Shown piece by piece: positions 24,097 to 38,235 of a DNA stretch of 64,000 bases. The notes beneath the pieces were generated by a model, which did not search any database, was not told where the DNA came from, and saw only the letters and a list, made by a program, of their open reading frames with translations. The stretch's first letter is position 1, and every line of letters starts with the position of its first letter. Both the position numbers and the translations under genes were made by a program. Source of the DNA: Macrostomum lignano (taxonomy: Eukaryota); NCBI GenBank assembly GCA_002269645.1, contig NIVC01000232.1, positions 257,684 to 321,683 on the forward strand, given 5' to 3'.

Positions 24097-24527
24097 GACT
24101 TGCGAAGACGTATTAAACATTCGCCGACACTTATTCAGACACTTCTACAGACACTTTAGTTTCTTTCGTACGAATCGTAGGAACAAGCAATAAATTTGTT
24201 TATTCCTAATAAACTGCTTTAGTAAACTGCTTTATTTTAAGCTTTTTTTGCTTTATTTTTTTAAATATGAATCATGAAATTTGTTATTCTGCATAAATTG
24301 TCTTCACGTGAAGAAGAATGTTAAATTTGTCCAGGACACTTCCTAATTCATATTTAATAAAATAAAGCAAAAAAAGCTTAAAATAAAGCAGTTTACTGAT
24401 AGTTTGTTAGGAATAAACTAATTTAATGCTTGTTTCTACAATCCTACGATTCGTACGACAGAAAATAAAGTGTCTGTAGAAGTGTCTGAACAAGTGTCGG
24501 CGAATGTTTAATACGTCTTGCGAAGTC
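24097..24527. mobile_element. Foldback/MITE-like element with ~180-bp imperfect inverted arms
   Basis: Left arm gacttgcgaagacgtattaaacattcgccgacact... and right arm ...agtgtcggcgaatgtttaatacgtcttgcgaagtc are reverse complements. Pairing continues inward to ~24278/24342, leaving a ~63-bp spacer. No clear target-site duplication. Confidence 0.75.
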
Positions 24528-24833
24528 ATTTCTTATCAAGCGTTAAAACAAAGTTTCATTCTGATTTTCGGGAGCAAAAGCCAACTTATCGTTAAAAATA
24601 AAAATTGCCTTTAAAGGACAAACATGGCAACCGAAAAAATTTGCTTAGTTGGTAATTAAATAATTTACAAATTAATTTCATTCAAAGTTGATATGCAAAT
24701 CGTTTATTGAGTAACATGTTCAATAGTAGGATTAACTTTTATAACCTAGCTCATGTGCTCATGTGCGAAATAACTCGCCTTGCTGAGTCTTTTACTTGTT
24801 GGTATTATTTAGTTATTCAATCGTTGCTTCGAT

Positions 24834-26228
24834 TCAGTAGGACACTCGCCTCACCTGAGCATTGGTTGGCACCTGCAATAGGCAGGTTTTAACCGAGCTC
24901 TGCAGCTGCAGCTCGTGAATATTCGCCTCGCTGCAACGCGGCGTTCTGTCGTAATCGTTCAGCACTGTGGTCAGGTCGGCATGGCCTCGGCTGTCGCATT
25001 TGATAAACACTTGGTGAAAGGTCTTGCGGAACTTCGTTGAGAAGCAGGAGTAGAGAACAAAGTTGCAGGCGGCGTTCAACAGAAGCAGAAGATTGACGAT
25101 GGCGCTGAGAATCGGTTCGTACCGACTGCCCGAGCACTGCGAGCTCGAGTGCGGCTCGATCGCCTTCTTCAGCGTGACGAATGCGGATGGTAGCTGGCAA
25201 AAGCAGAACACAATCACCACAGCAATGAGCATCACCGTGATCTTCTGCTCAGAGTTGGCTCGCAGCTTCCGGTTCCCTCCGCCGCTTGTTGGCGACTGCA
25301 TCTTGCCCAGGGCGCGGGCCGCTTTAGCCGAAGCGCCGCCGAATGCGCGCCCAGCGCCGGCGCCGCTGCCTCCGGCGTTGTTTCCGCTGCTGCCGGCAGT
25401 CAAGCCCACGCTGCTGCAGACGCTTGCCCGCGGCGTAGCCACCGTCAGCATCGGAATCTGGGCATACTGCTGCGATGGACGCGGAGTTGACGACGGCCGA
25501 CGCGGGATTAGGGCCGCGCTGAGCTCCTCCTGCTTCTTTTTGGCGCGGACTACGCTGCCGATGAGCAGACTGTTAAACACGGCCAGGAACACGAGTGGGC
25601 CAAAGATGAACACGATTGGCAACAGGTGGTAGTACCCGTACTGCTTCATCACTAGGTAGGCCTGAGTCTTGCCCAAAGTATACACAGCTGGCGCGGAAGT
25701 TGAATTACCTTTATTCTGACTGTCCACTTGATACTCCAGGAAATTGGGAAAGGTGAAGAACAACGTGGCCAAAAAAATTACCGCGATAGTATGCTTAGCC
25801 CGTTCCTTTGTGCAGTACTTTCTGCCGAACATGGGCTTATAGACTACCACCCATCTCTCGAAAGTGAAGAAGCAGGTTAGCCAGGTGGCAAAGTTGCTAA
25901 ACAGATTCGCTAACGGGAACATTGCCGCCAGCAGGTGGAAGAACCACGCTTGATAGCGTACACCTGGATAGACTTTAACCGTGATTAGATAGAATAGCAG
26001 CAAGTAGATTACATCCGTGATAGCCAGCGCTGTCAGGTAATAATTAGTCGATGAGGCCATCCATTTACGAGTGAGCACAACAATGTTGACCGAGTTGGCC
26101 GCGATGCCTAGCAGGGCCAGGCCCGGCGTGATGCACACCAGGAACATCCGGGAGATGTTCAGGATCGAGCTGCGCTCAGCCAAGTCCTCGGCCGTCTCGT
26201 TCGGGCACAGGGCGGTTAGGGAGGACAT
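24834..26228 (-). CDS. Class A peptide GPCR, FMRFamide-receptor-like, intronless CDS, 464 aa
   Basis: Seven hydrophobic segments: GIAANSVNIVVLTR, YLTALAITD, TFERW (DRY position), FCFCQLP, NAACNFVLY...KFRK. N-glycosylation sequons at the N-terminus. A (TC)n-cgcag acceptor just upstream implies a 5' UTR intron. Confidence 0.93.
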   Translation of the reverse strand: MSSLTALCPNETAEDLAERSSILNISRMFLVCITPGLALLGIAANSVNIVVLTRKWMASSTNYYLTALAITDVIYLLLFYLITVKVYPGVRYQAWFFHLLAAMFPLANLFSNFATWLTCFFTFERWVVVYKPMFGRKYCTKERAKHTIAVIFLATLFFTFPNFLEYQVDSQNKGNSTSAPAVYTLGKTQAYLVMKQYGYYHLLPIVFIFGPLVFLAVFNSLLIGSVVRAKKKQEELSAALIPRRPSSTPRPSQQYAQIPMLTVATPRASVCSSVGLTAGSSGNNAGGSGAGAGRAFGGASAKAARALGKMQSPTSGGGNRKLRANSEQKITVMLIAVVIVFCFCQLPSAFVTLKKAIEPHSSSQCSGSRYEPILSAIVNLLLLLNAACNFVLYSCFSTKFRKTFHQVFIKCDSRGHADLTTVLNDYDRTPRCSEANIHELQLQSSVKTCLLQVPTNAQVRRVSY

Positions 26229-28239
26229 TGCCTGCGAGAGAGAGAGAGAGAGAGAGAAAGAAGTAATTCGAATCTGCAGATGACGCTTCGATACTATGGA
26301 ACGTAAGCAACCTATCCAAAAAATTTTCCATAAAAATTTTACAATTTATTAAAAAGTAATAAAAGTTTGAAACTTTGAAGCTGATAAAGCATAACTTTGG
26401 ACTAGATAAGATCAATCACACATACATACATACAAACAACTCATTTTTAGTATATTGGACTAGCAATCAGCGTCCCCCATTAGGGAGACAATAAAGAAAG
26501 AAATAAAAATTCCGAATATACTGAACTAAATTTAGATTTAGACCCTGTATTGTTACTTATCCTAGGGAAAATGATAGCCAGCTGTCTAGCCTAAGATATG
26601 AGCATCCCCTGCAAGCTTTAGCATCAAAGCCTCCCTTTAAGCTATGCTTCAACCTGCCTCTCCCGTCTACCCTTGGCTTGGTAGCATCTTAACAACTCCC
26701 CTCCATGAGCCATAGAATCTCATCAGTTCCCTCATGAGCTTTGACATCTCAGCAATCTTCAAATGAACCTTGATTTCTCAGAAATTCCCGCCAAGAGCCA
26801 CAGCAATTCTAAAAATAGAACTTAACCTTTGTCACGCGGTCTCGTGTCTGAGAATTTGATTGATTTCTGAGACAGGATATAGGGAAGTGAGACTGATTGA
26901 AGTCTCCAGCTTAGACAGATTACGGAAGAGGGTCGCAGGAACTGACTGACTGACTGACTCCCCGTCCGTATCTGAACTGTTTCCCTAGACGAATATGACA
27001 ATGAATTATGATGATGAAAAAAACACACACGACCACATCGCTAGGCTGAATGCTGAGTCCTTGCTCAAGCCGGCCTCAAAGATCACTACTTAGGCCTCCG
27101 AGGCGGAAGTCTAGGGAAAAAAATAGGAAGCAAACCAGGACTCAGCAAGCAGATGGGATGGGATGGGGTTGAGAAGAGGAGAAGAGCTGCGCAACAAAGC
27201 TGAGCTACCCCCCCCCCCATTCAACCCATCCACATAATGAATGAAGTGAAAGGATGGCACCCGGAGAGGATATTGGCTTGCTGACTGAAATGGAGAGCTC
27301 TGTAATATAGTCCACCTGTGTTAGGACTAATGGCTGGTCTCTTCTAGCCAAAGAAATACGAAACCGGTTCAAAAATATTCCCTCTATCTATTGTACAGAG
27401 GCAACAGGAGGAAACAAACTGATACGCTTGCTTGCGAATGTCGCAAAAGTCACAAAAGAACTCAGATTGCTACAGGGGAAGACCTTGATGTTCGTCTATC
27501 GCGTGATGGAGGGTTGCACTACTTGGGGAAGAGACGAGTTCACGCGGGATGGGTGTGAATTCGATTTTGCCAGTAATTACTGGGACATGAGATGTGATAC
27601 TGTGTAGCCATTTGCGCGAGTAGAACAAAGTACATCGGGTTGACTGACAAGGTGTGTGACGGTCAGTGATAAAACTGTCAGTTGTAGGTAGAGACATTGT
27701 TAAACCATCAGAGTATAGTAGTACAGTACTCGAAATTCTAGAAAAAAATTTTGCTCCAAAAGAGCGCAACTAATGAGCTTTCAACCGGGGATACGCTCTT
27801 AGTCGCAACGAAATCCGAGGGAATTAGTTCTGCTTAAAGTCCTGCCGTGGAGATGAGGGAAACAGGCCAAGAAGGGAAATCAGCATTAGCCCCGACTGCG
27901 GCAGAATCTGCAGCATCTCCAAAAAAGACAATTTCATCCGCTGAGCTCACACAGCCTATACTCAAGTCTGCGTAGGAGATTGTTTGTCTAATCACCATAA
28001 TTTGCTAAAGGCTTGTGTGCTCGCCTGCTTACCAATTCCCTCTGCTCTCATCTCATCTGCTTGCCTCGCCTCGCTTGCAGCAATAGTGTGAACACACTAC
28101 AGGGAAGTGCTGCGATGTACTGGGACTGGAATTGTTTTTTTAACAAGAGCTTCAATGTGCGCGCCAAATTCCTACAAAATCTTGCAAACGTGGCTTACAC
28201 AGCAGTTTTTAATTGAAGGGAGGACGCCAGTTTTTGAAG

Positions 28240-28390
28240 GCTTCGTTGGCGCCCCTCTATCTTGTTGGGGCGTCCCTGTCTCTTGATGGGGCGTTCTTGT
28301 CTCTTAGTGGGGCGCCCCTGTCTCTTGGTGGGCGCCCCTGTTTCTTGGTGGGCGCCCCTGTCTCTTGGGGTGGGCGCCCCTGTCTCTTGT
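28240..28390. repeat. Short 20-21-bp GGCGCC-core minisatellite
   Basis: ggggcgcccctgtctcttggt variants, about 7 units. Confidence 0.85.
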
Positions 28391-29379
28391 TTCTCCAGAG
28401 ACAAACTCCAGAGCATACTGAATACACTAGCAATGTTAAAACATTCCTTGCCGTCCACTTTGATGAATGACCCACTTTGTTTCCAATCCAGATATCTAGT
28501 TACTAGGAGTCCATAATTGGCAATATGGGCCCGTACGTGCATCCATTATGCAAATCCTAGCCTAGGACTCCGACTCGAACTTAGCGTTGACATGTTCGTG
28601 CCAGCAACCTCCGGAAAAAGTCTAAACTAAAAAATTGGCTTTTCAGAGGTCAGCTACAAACTGCCCTCGTGCCCAGCAAACTTCAAACTGGCGGACAGAA
28701 CGTATAAAAAGTACAAATTTAACGTATACACAATTCAGTAGTGTCCAGGCTGCAAGATTTTCGAAAACCTCCGGGCTGCACGTTAAAAAGTTTTACATCA
28801 ATTTACAACGGATGAAAATCAGATTTTCAAGGTTTTGTTTCGTTGGAATCAAGGCAGTTAACCGAACGATTTCTTGGGAAATGGGATGCCCGCAATGATT
28901 GTCTGCCTTCCTTGGTGAAATAGATGTTTTTTCCCTGGAAAGTACTAAATGCGCATCGGTAATGCTTCCCCATAGTGACCCGGTTAGAACCACCTAGAAT
29001 AATCTACCACAGAGATGCATTCCCTGCAGTGGTTTGATCCCATTCCCTCTCTCTGTCTCTCTCTCTCCCTTTGTCTCTCTCTCTCTGCTATCTTATATCT
29101 CTTTTCTATCCCGGACAATCTCCCGAAGTGCCGGCGCACTGATGGAAACGAATCGTTGGTGGACTTGAAGGGCCGGCGATCGCATGGGAAACACTCGGAG
29201 CGTGGCGAGTTGAGGACTAGGAGAATCGAGGACAGGAGGGAGAGAGTTTTGGGATTAAAAATGCAAGAATTTGGGAAAAGAATTTAATGGGGGACAGCTA
29301 GATGGAATTGTTAACGGAAGCACTGCTGGGCAAACATGATGACAGACAGACACTGACGTCACTAAAATACTAGGGCATT

Positions 29380-30360
29380 AAGGCAGTAAGACGAGACCAA
29401 GACGTTCAGACATTAGGACACTAAGAAATTAAGACACAAAGACACTAAGACATTAAGACACTATGTCATTAGACGCCTAGACACTAGGACCGTAAGACAC
29501 TAAAACAGTAAGAAATTAACACACTATAACACAACAACACCAACACACTAAGACCGTAAGAAACTAGGGCACTAGGAAACTAAGACATCAAGATACTAAG
29601 GCATTCAGACACTAAGACATCGAGAAACTAAGGAATCAAGACACTAAGACATTAAGATACTAAGGCATTAGGACACTAAGGCATTAATACACTTAAGGCA
29701 TTAAGGCATTAAGACATTATGTCACTACTAGCTCCCTACAGACTAGGATCGTAAGACACTAAGACAGTAAGACACTAAGGCATCAAGACATTAAGATATT
29801 AAGACACTAAGGCATTAAGACACTAAGGCATTAAGACACTAAGACATCGAGACACTAAGGCGTTAAGACACTAAGACATTAAGACATTAATTCATTAAGA
29901 CACTAAGACATTAAGATACTAAGGCATTAGGACACTAAGGCATTAATACACTAAGGAATTAAGACATTATGTCACTACTAGCTCCCTACAGACTAGGATC
30001 GTAAGACACTAAGACAGTAAGACACTAAGGCATCAAGACATTAAGATATTAAGACACTAAGGCATTAAGACACTAAGGCATTAAGACACTAAGACATCGA
30101 GACACTAAGGCGTTAAGACACTAAGACATTAAGACATTAATTCATTAAGACACTAAGACATTAAGATACTAAGGCATTAGGACACTAAGGCATTAATACA
30201 CTAAGGAATTAAGACATTATGTCACTACTAGCTCCCTACAGACTAGGACCGTAAGACACTACGGCAGTAAGAAATTAACACAACTATGGTACAACAACAC
30301 CAACACACTAAGACCGTCAGAAACTAGGGCACTAGGACACTAAGACATCAGGACAATGTT
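29380..30360. repeat. Degenerate 9-bp (taagacac/taaggcat) repeat with a 250-bp higher-order triplication
   Basis: aagacattatgtcactactagctccctacagactagg occurs at 29711, 29961 and 30211. Confidence 0.9.
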
Positions 30361-30899
30361 AAAAGAAACGAAGTTGCGCGCAACTAATTACATTTAAGAC
30401 ACTGCACTGGCAGACAGTCAAACATGAATACTACGGTACAAGAATACAGATAAACATGCAGACATTGAGATAGGATCAAGATGAGTGCTTGGTCAGCAGC
30501 TCTCACAGCTAGCCGTTATATAAATTAATCAATTTAACGCGCTTGACCAGCCGAAAGTAAACAGTTCGTCTATAGCTGCGGTTTCACCGCTTCGGCACTT
30601 ATTCACTTAGGCGAAATCGAGCATTGCAGTAAGAGAGGCTGCATATGCTATGTAAACTAGAGCACTTTACTTGCATGGCCTTGTTCGAAGCAGATCGAAT
30701 GGCTGCAAGCATGAAATAAAAGCACCGTGTGGGATACTATGGAAGCTAGAAATTCAACTGATCATTTTTCTGGCAAAAATAGTTCGGGAACAAAAAATAT
30801 TTGCGTTTATGTATCGGTGTTACAAAATATCCTCTTATATCTAATCTCCAATACCGTCTGCAGAGTTCGTAAAAAAATTGACAAATTTTAAGCAGTAGG

Positions 30900-32655
30900 A
30901 ATGGCGCCACAACTGGTTGGAGAGATGGCGCCACAACTGATTGGAGAAATGGCGCCACAACTGATTGGAGAAATGGCGCCACAACTGATTGGAGAGATGG
31001 CGCCACAACTGATTCGAGAAATGGCGCCACAACTGATTCGAGAAATGGCGCCACAACTGATTCAAGAAATAGCGCCACAACTGATTGGAGAAATGGCGCC
31101 ACAACTGATTCGAGAAATGGCGCCACAACTGATTCGAGAAATGGCGCCACAACTGATTCGAGAAATGGCGCCACAACTGATTCGAGAAATGGCGCCACAA
31201 CTGATTGGAGAGATGGCACCACAACTGATTGGAGAGATGGCGCCACAACTGATTGGAGAAATGGCGCCACAACTGATTGGAGAAATAGCGCCACAACTGA
31301 TTCAAGAAATGGCGCCACAACTGATTCAAGAAATAGCGCCACAACTGATTGGAGAGATGGCGCCACAACTGATTCAAGAAATAGCGCCACAACTGATTGG
31401 AGAAATGGCGCCACATCTGATTGTAGAAATGGCGCCACAGCTGATAGGAGGAATGGCGCCACTGCTGATTGGAGAAATGGCGCCACAAATGATTGAGAAA
31501 TGGCACCACAACTGATTCAAGAAATAGCGCCACAACTGGGCGTCACAACTGATTGGAGAAATGGTGCCACAACTGGGCGTCACAACTGATTGGAGAAATG
31601 GCGCCACAACTGATTGGAGAAATGGCGCCACAACTGATTGGAGAAATGGCGCCACAACTGATTGGAGAAATGGCGCCACAACTGATTGGAGAAATGGTGC
31701 CACAACTGATTGGAGAAATGGCGCCACAACTGATTGAGAAATGGCGCCACAACTGATTGGAGAAATGGCGCCACAACTGATTGGAGAGATGGCGCCACAA
31801 CTGATTGGAGAGATGGCGTCACAACTGATTGGAGAGATGGCGCCACAACTGATTGGAGAAATGGCGCCACAACTGATTCGAGAAATGGCGCCACAACTGA
31901 TTGGAGAAATGGCGCCACAACTGATTGGAGAAATGGCGCCACAACTGATTGGAGAAATGGCGCCACAACTGATTGGAGAAATGGCGCCACAACTGATTGG
32001 AGAAATGGCGCCACAACTGATTGGAGAGATGGCGCCACAACTGATTGGAGAAATGGCGCCACAACTGATTGGAGAAATAGCGCTACAACTGATTCGAGAA
32101 ATAGCGCCACAACTTATTCAAGAAATAGCGCCACAACTGATTCGAGAAATGGCGCCACAACTGATTGGAGAGATGGCGCCACAACTGATTGGAGAGATGG
32201 CGTCACAACTGATTGGAGAGATGGCGCCACAACTGATTGGAGAAATGGTGCCACAACTGGGCGTCACAACTGATTGGAGAAATGGCGCCACAACTGATTG
32301 GAGAAATGGCGCCACAACTGATTGGAGAAATGGCGCCACAACTGATTGGAGAGATGGCGCCACAACTGATTGGAGAGATGGCGTCACAACTGATTGGAGA
32401 GATGGCGCCACAACTGATTGGAGAAATGGCGCCACAACTGATTCGAGAAACGGCGCCACAACTGATTCGAGAAATGGCGCCACAACTGATTGGAGAGATG
32501 GCGCCACAGCTGATTCGAGAAATGGCGCCACAACTGATTCGAGAAATGGCGCCACAACTGATTGGAGAGATGGCGCCACAACTGATTGGAGAGATGGCGC
32601 CACAACTGATTCGAGAAATGGCGCCACAACTGATTGGAGAAATGGCGCCACAACT
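30900..32655. repeat. 24-bp GGCGCC-core minisatellite, array 1
   Basis: (aatggcgccacaactgattggaga)n, about 70 units. Confidence 0.96.
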
Positions 32656-33339
32656 CTATTAAATTCAGCTTCAAACGCTGAGCAAGGAAGAACTATTAGG
32701 CATAGAAGAAAACCAGTAGAAACAATAGTTTTATTAGTACAACGATAATTAGCGCTATAGCAACAACTATAAGCAGAGGCTGTGGTTTATAGGCCTCTCC
32801 TAATTGCTTCATCCTCCATCTGTTGGGTTCGTGCACCACATGCGCTTTCTGGGTGTCCAACTGCTGGGTGAAACTCCCCACACACCACCTCTTTAGCAAC
32901 AAGTTTACTGTACAGTTGGTGCAGTGGTCTCGATTTGGCCAACAAGAAAACGGAAATGCGAACTGCTGGCAGATTAGCAGATTATAAATGCGACCTCTAC
33001 TTGGCATTATATAGCTGTCACCAGCCCTTAATTGCACATTATGACTTGCTGTAATAAAATCCCACTAGGAATTACTCAGTTAAGATTATGTATAAGCCTT
33101 TTTATTGCTAGTGCTGTGCAGTCACTGCAGTTCAAAAATTACCATTCCTTGTATGAGATCGCAGATTAAGCAGAGGATTTGCTGACCAGCTGGCAACCAC
33201 TTGTAACACTGATTGCTTGTGACATATTTTAGGTACAGCCTGACTCATTGTCTCGCTTGTATAGCGCTTTTGAAATGGGTTGGAGATCGGAATCTGGACT
33301 TCTTTTTGTAAGATTTTTGTAAGACTCCCAGAGAATCAT

Positions 33340-34085
33340 CTTAACCTCTCTCCCGATCTCTCTCCGTCTCACCCACATTACTCTCTACCTCTCCCTCTCC
33401 CTCTCCCCTCGCTCTCCCCTCCCTCTCCCCTCCCTCTCCCTCTCCCTCTCCCTCTCCCCTCCCTCTCCCTCTCCCCCCACTCCCAATCACCCTAGTCTCT
33501 CTCCATCTCACCCAAGTCCCTCCCACTCTCACGCTAGCCTTCTCCCTATAACCCAAGTCTCTCTCCATCTCACCCTAGTCCTTCTCCCTATAACCCAAGT
33601 CTCTCTCCATCTCACCCTAGTCCTTCTCCCTATAACCCAAGTCTCTCTCCATTTCACCCTAGTCCTTCTCCCTATAATCCAAGTCTCTCTCCATCTCACC
33701 CAAGTCCTTCTCCCTATAACCCAAGTCTCTCTCTCCATCTCACCCTAGTCCTTCTCCCTATAACCCAAGTCTCTCTCCATCTCACCCTAGTCCTTCTCCC
33801 TATAACCCAAGTCTCTCTCCATCTCACCCTAGTCCTTCTCCCTATAACCAAGTCTCTCTCCATCTCACCCTAGTCCTTCTCCCTATAACCCAAGTCTCTC
33901 TCCATCTCACCCTAGTCCTTCTCCCTATAACCCAAGTCTCTCTCCATCTCACCCTAGTCCTTCTCCCTATAACCCAAGTCTCTCTCCATCTCACCCTAGT
34001 CCTTCTCCCTATAACCCAAGTCTCTCTCCATCTCACCCTAGTCCTTCTCCCTATAACTCAAGTCTCTCTCTCCATCTCACCCTAG
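33340..34085. repeat. Polypyrimidine (CTC/CTCC) tract followed by a 42-bp minisatellite
   Basis: C/T-only tract ~33385-33480; then (ccctataacccaagtctctctccatctcaccctagtccttct)n, about 13 units. Confidence 0.93.
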
Positions 34086-34521
34086 CCTTCCCCACTCTGT
34101 CTACATCCAGCTTCTTGCCATTCTGATTCGCCATTTCTCCATTTGAAGTTATCCTCTTCATCCTACCCTACTGCTTAGCAAATATCCCTGTAAAATTCCT
34201 GTCAATATCCGATGTCCAGTCTAGCAGGGGGAGTTCACGGAGTTAACTCGCTAGCAAACTTTTTCTTAACAACTTTTCCTATCCTTGTCGCCCTCACTTG
34301 ACCTGGGAATCCCAGTTGGCAGAAATGTGAATAGCAAGTCTTGTAGGCTGGGCAGTGGACACCTCTGCCCCATAGCACCAACATAACTTATAACCGCTCA
34401 TATGACCGCAGCGCCCTCTGATCTCGTCAAGCACCAAATAAGTCGCTGCTGATATCGTCAGTTGTTGCTAAAAAAAGCTGATAGAGTTTTGTGTAGCGCA
34501 GTAATTGGGGAAGTAAGAACT

Positions 34522-36175
34522 CCAACTGATTGGCGCCACAACTGATTGGAGAGATGGCGCCACAACTGATTGGAGAGATGGCGCCACAACTAATTGTAGA
34601 AATGGCGCCACAGCTGATTGGAGAGATGGCGCCACAACTGATTGGAGAGATGGCGCCACAACTGATTGAAAAGATGGCGCCACAACTGATTCAAGAAATA
34701 GCGCCACAACTGATTGTAGAAATGGCGCCACAGCTGATTGGAGAGATGGCGCCACAACTGATTGGAGAGATGGCGCCACAACTGATTGAAAAGATGGGGC
34801 CACAACTGATTGTAGAAATGGCGCCACAGCTGATTGGAGAAATGGCGCCACATCTGATTGTAGAAATGGCGCCACAGCTGATAGGAGGAATGGCGCCACT
34901 ACTGATTGGAGAAATAGCGCCACAACTGATTGGAGAGATGGCACCACAACTGATTGGAGAAATGGCGCCACAACTGATTCGAGAAATGGCGCCACAACTG
35001 ATTGGAGAAATGGCGCCACAACTAATTGAAGAGATGGCGCCACAACTGATTGTAGAAATGGCGCCACAGCTGATTGGAGAGATGGCGCCACAACTGATTG
35101 AAAAGATGGCGCCACAACTGATTCAAGAAATAGCGCCACAACTGATTGTAGAAATGGCGCCACAGCTGATTGGAGAGATGGCGCCACAACTGATTGGAGA
35201 GATGGCGCCACAACTGATTGAAAAGATGGCGCCACAACTGATTGTAGAAATGGCGCCACAGCTGATTGGAGAAATGGCGCCACATCTGATTGTAGAAATG
35301 GCGCCACAACTGATAGGAGGAATGGCGCCACTACTGATTGGAGAAATGGCGCCACAACTGATTGGAGAGATGGCACCACAACTGATTGGAGCCTCAACTG
35401 ATTGGAGAGATGGCGCCACAGCTGATTGGAGAGATGGCGCCACAACTGATTGGAGAGATGGCGCCACAGCTGATTGGAGAAATGGCGCCACAACTGATTG
35501 GAGAAATGGCGCCACAGCTGATTGGAGAGATGGCGCCACAGCTGATTGGAAAGATGGAGCAACAACTGATTGGAGAGATGGCGCCACAGCTGATTGGAAA
35601 GATGGCGCCACAACTGATTGGAGAGATGGCGCTACAACTGATTGGAAAAATGGCGCCACAACCGATTGTAGAAATGGCGCCACAACTGATTGGAGAGATG
35701 GCGCCACAACTGATTGGAGCCACAACTGATTGGAGAGATGGCGCCACAACTGATTGGAGCCACAACTGATTGGAGAGATGGCGCCGCAACTGATTAGAGA
35801 AATAGCGCCACAACTGATTGAGAAATGGCTCCACAACTGATTGGAGAAATGGCGCCACAAGTGATTAGATGGCGCCACAACTGATTGTAGAAATTGCACA
35901 ACAACTGATTGTAGAAATGGCGCCACAACTGATTGGAGAGATGGCGCCACAACTGATTGGAGAAATGGCGCCACAACTGATTGGAGAAATGGCGCTACAA
36001 CTGATTGGAGAAATGGCGCCACAACTGATTGTAGAAATGGCGCTACAACTGATTGGATAAATGGCACCACAACTGATTGGAGAGATGGCGCCACAACTAA
36101 TTAGAGAGATGGCGCTAAACTAATTGAATATATGACGCCACAACTGATTGGAGAAATAGCGCCAAAATAAATAGA
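34522..36175. repeat. 24-bp GGCGCC-core minisatellite, array 2
   Basis: Same consensus and orientation as 30900-32655. Confidence 0.96.
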
Positions 36176-36577
36176 AGAATTGGCGCCTTAACTAACGATT
36201 GTCATGGATGTTAGCATTGCAAATAGATGTACGCGTCTGTAGACTCAGTGCAAACTATAAGGTCATGGTAGTGTTGACTGATGTGCTGTCAGCGCACTGG
36301 TTGAAATCTGAACAACTGTATCGAAGCACAAGGAAATGAACTGGGGGTGTGGCGCCAGAGCAGGTTCGCGAGAACTGTGAACTTACTCTTGCAAATGATT
36401 GTAATTCGAAACAACTTCCTGAGACCGATAAAAACTTGGCTTTGAAAGAAATAAATTGATTAATTAACGCAAATTTGACACAGCTAGCGTTTGGGCTTTG
36501 CAACAGCTCTCATTTCCTGTTTTCCTTAATTAGACGGAAACTTGCAATGCGATTCTGTCGCTTCAGGAATTATATGC

Positions 36578-38235
<1,658 letters not shown>

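Noticed and set aside
27470-27769. LLYSDGL motif suggesting a PP2C/SpoIIE or RNase H fragment
   Set aside because: An isolated 7-residue match with no other family motifs or clear splice sites.
32696-33037. 113-aa ORF ending in a hydrophobic stretch
   Set aside because: No homology recognised; the hydrophobic tail may reflect T-rich sequence.
30746-36094. MAPQLIGE-repeat and related ORFs
   Set aside because: 24-bp minisatellite with frequent frameshifts and no flanking gene structure.
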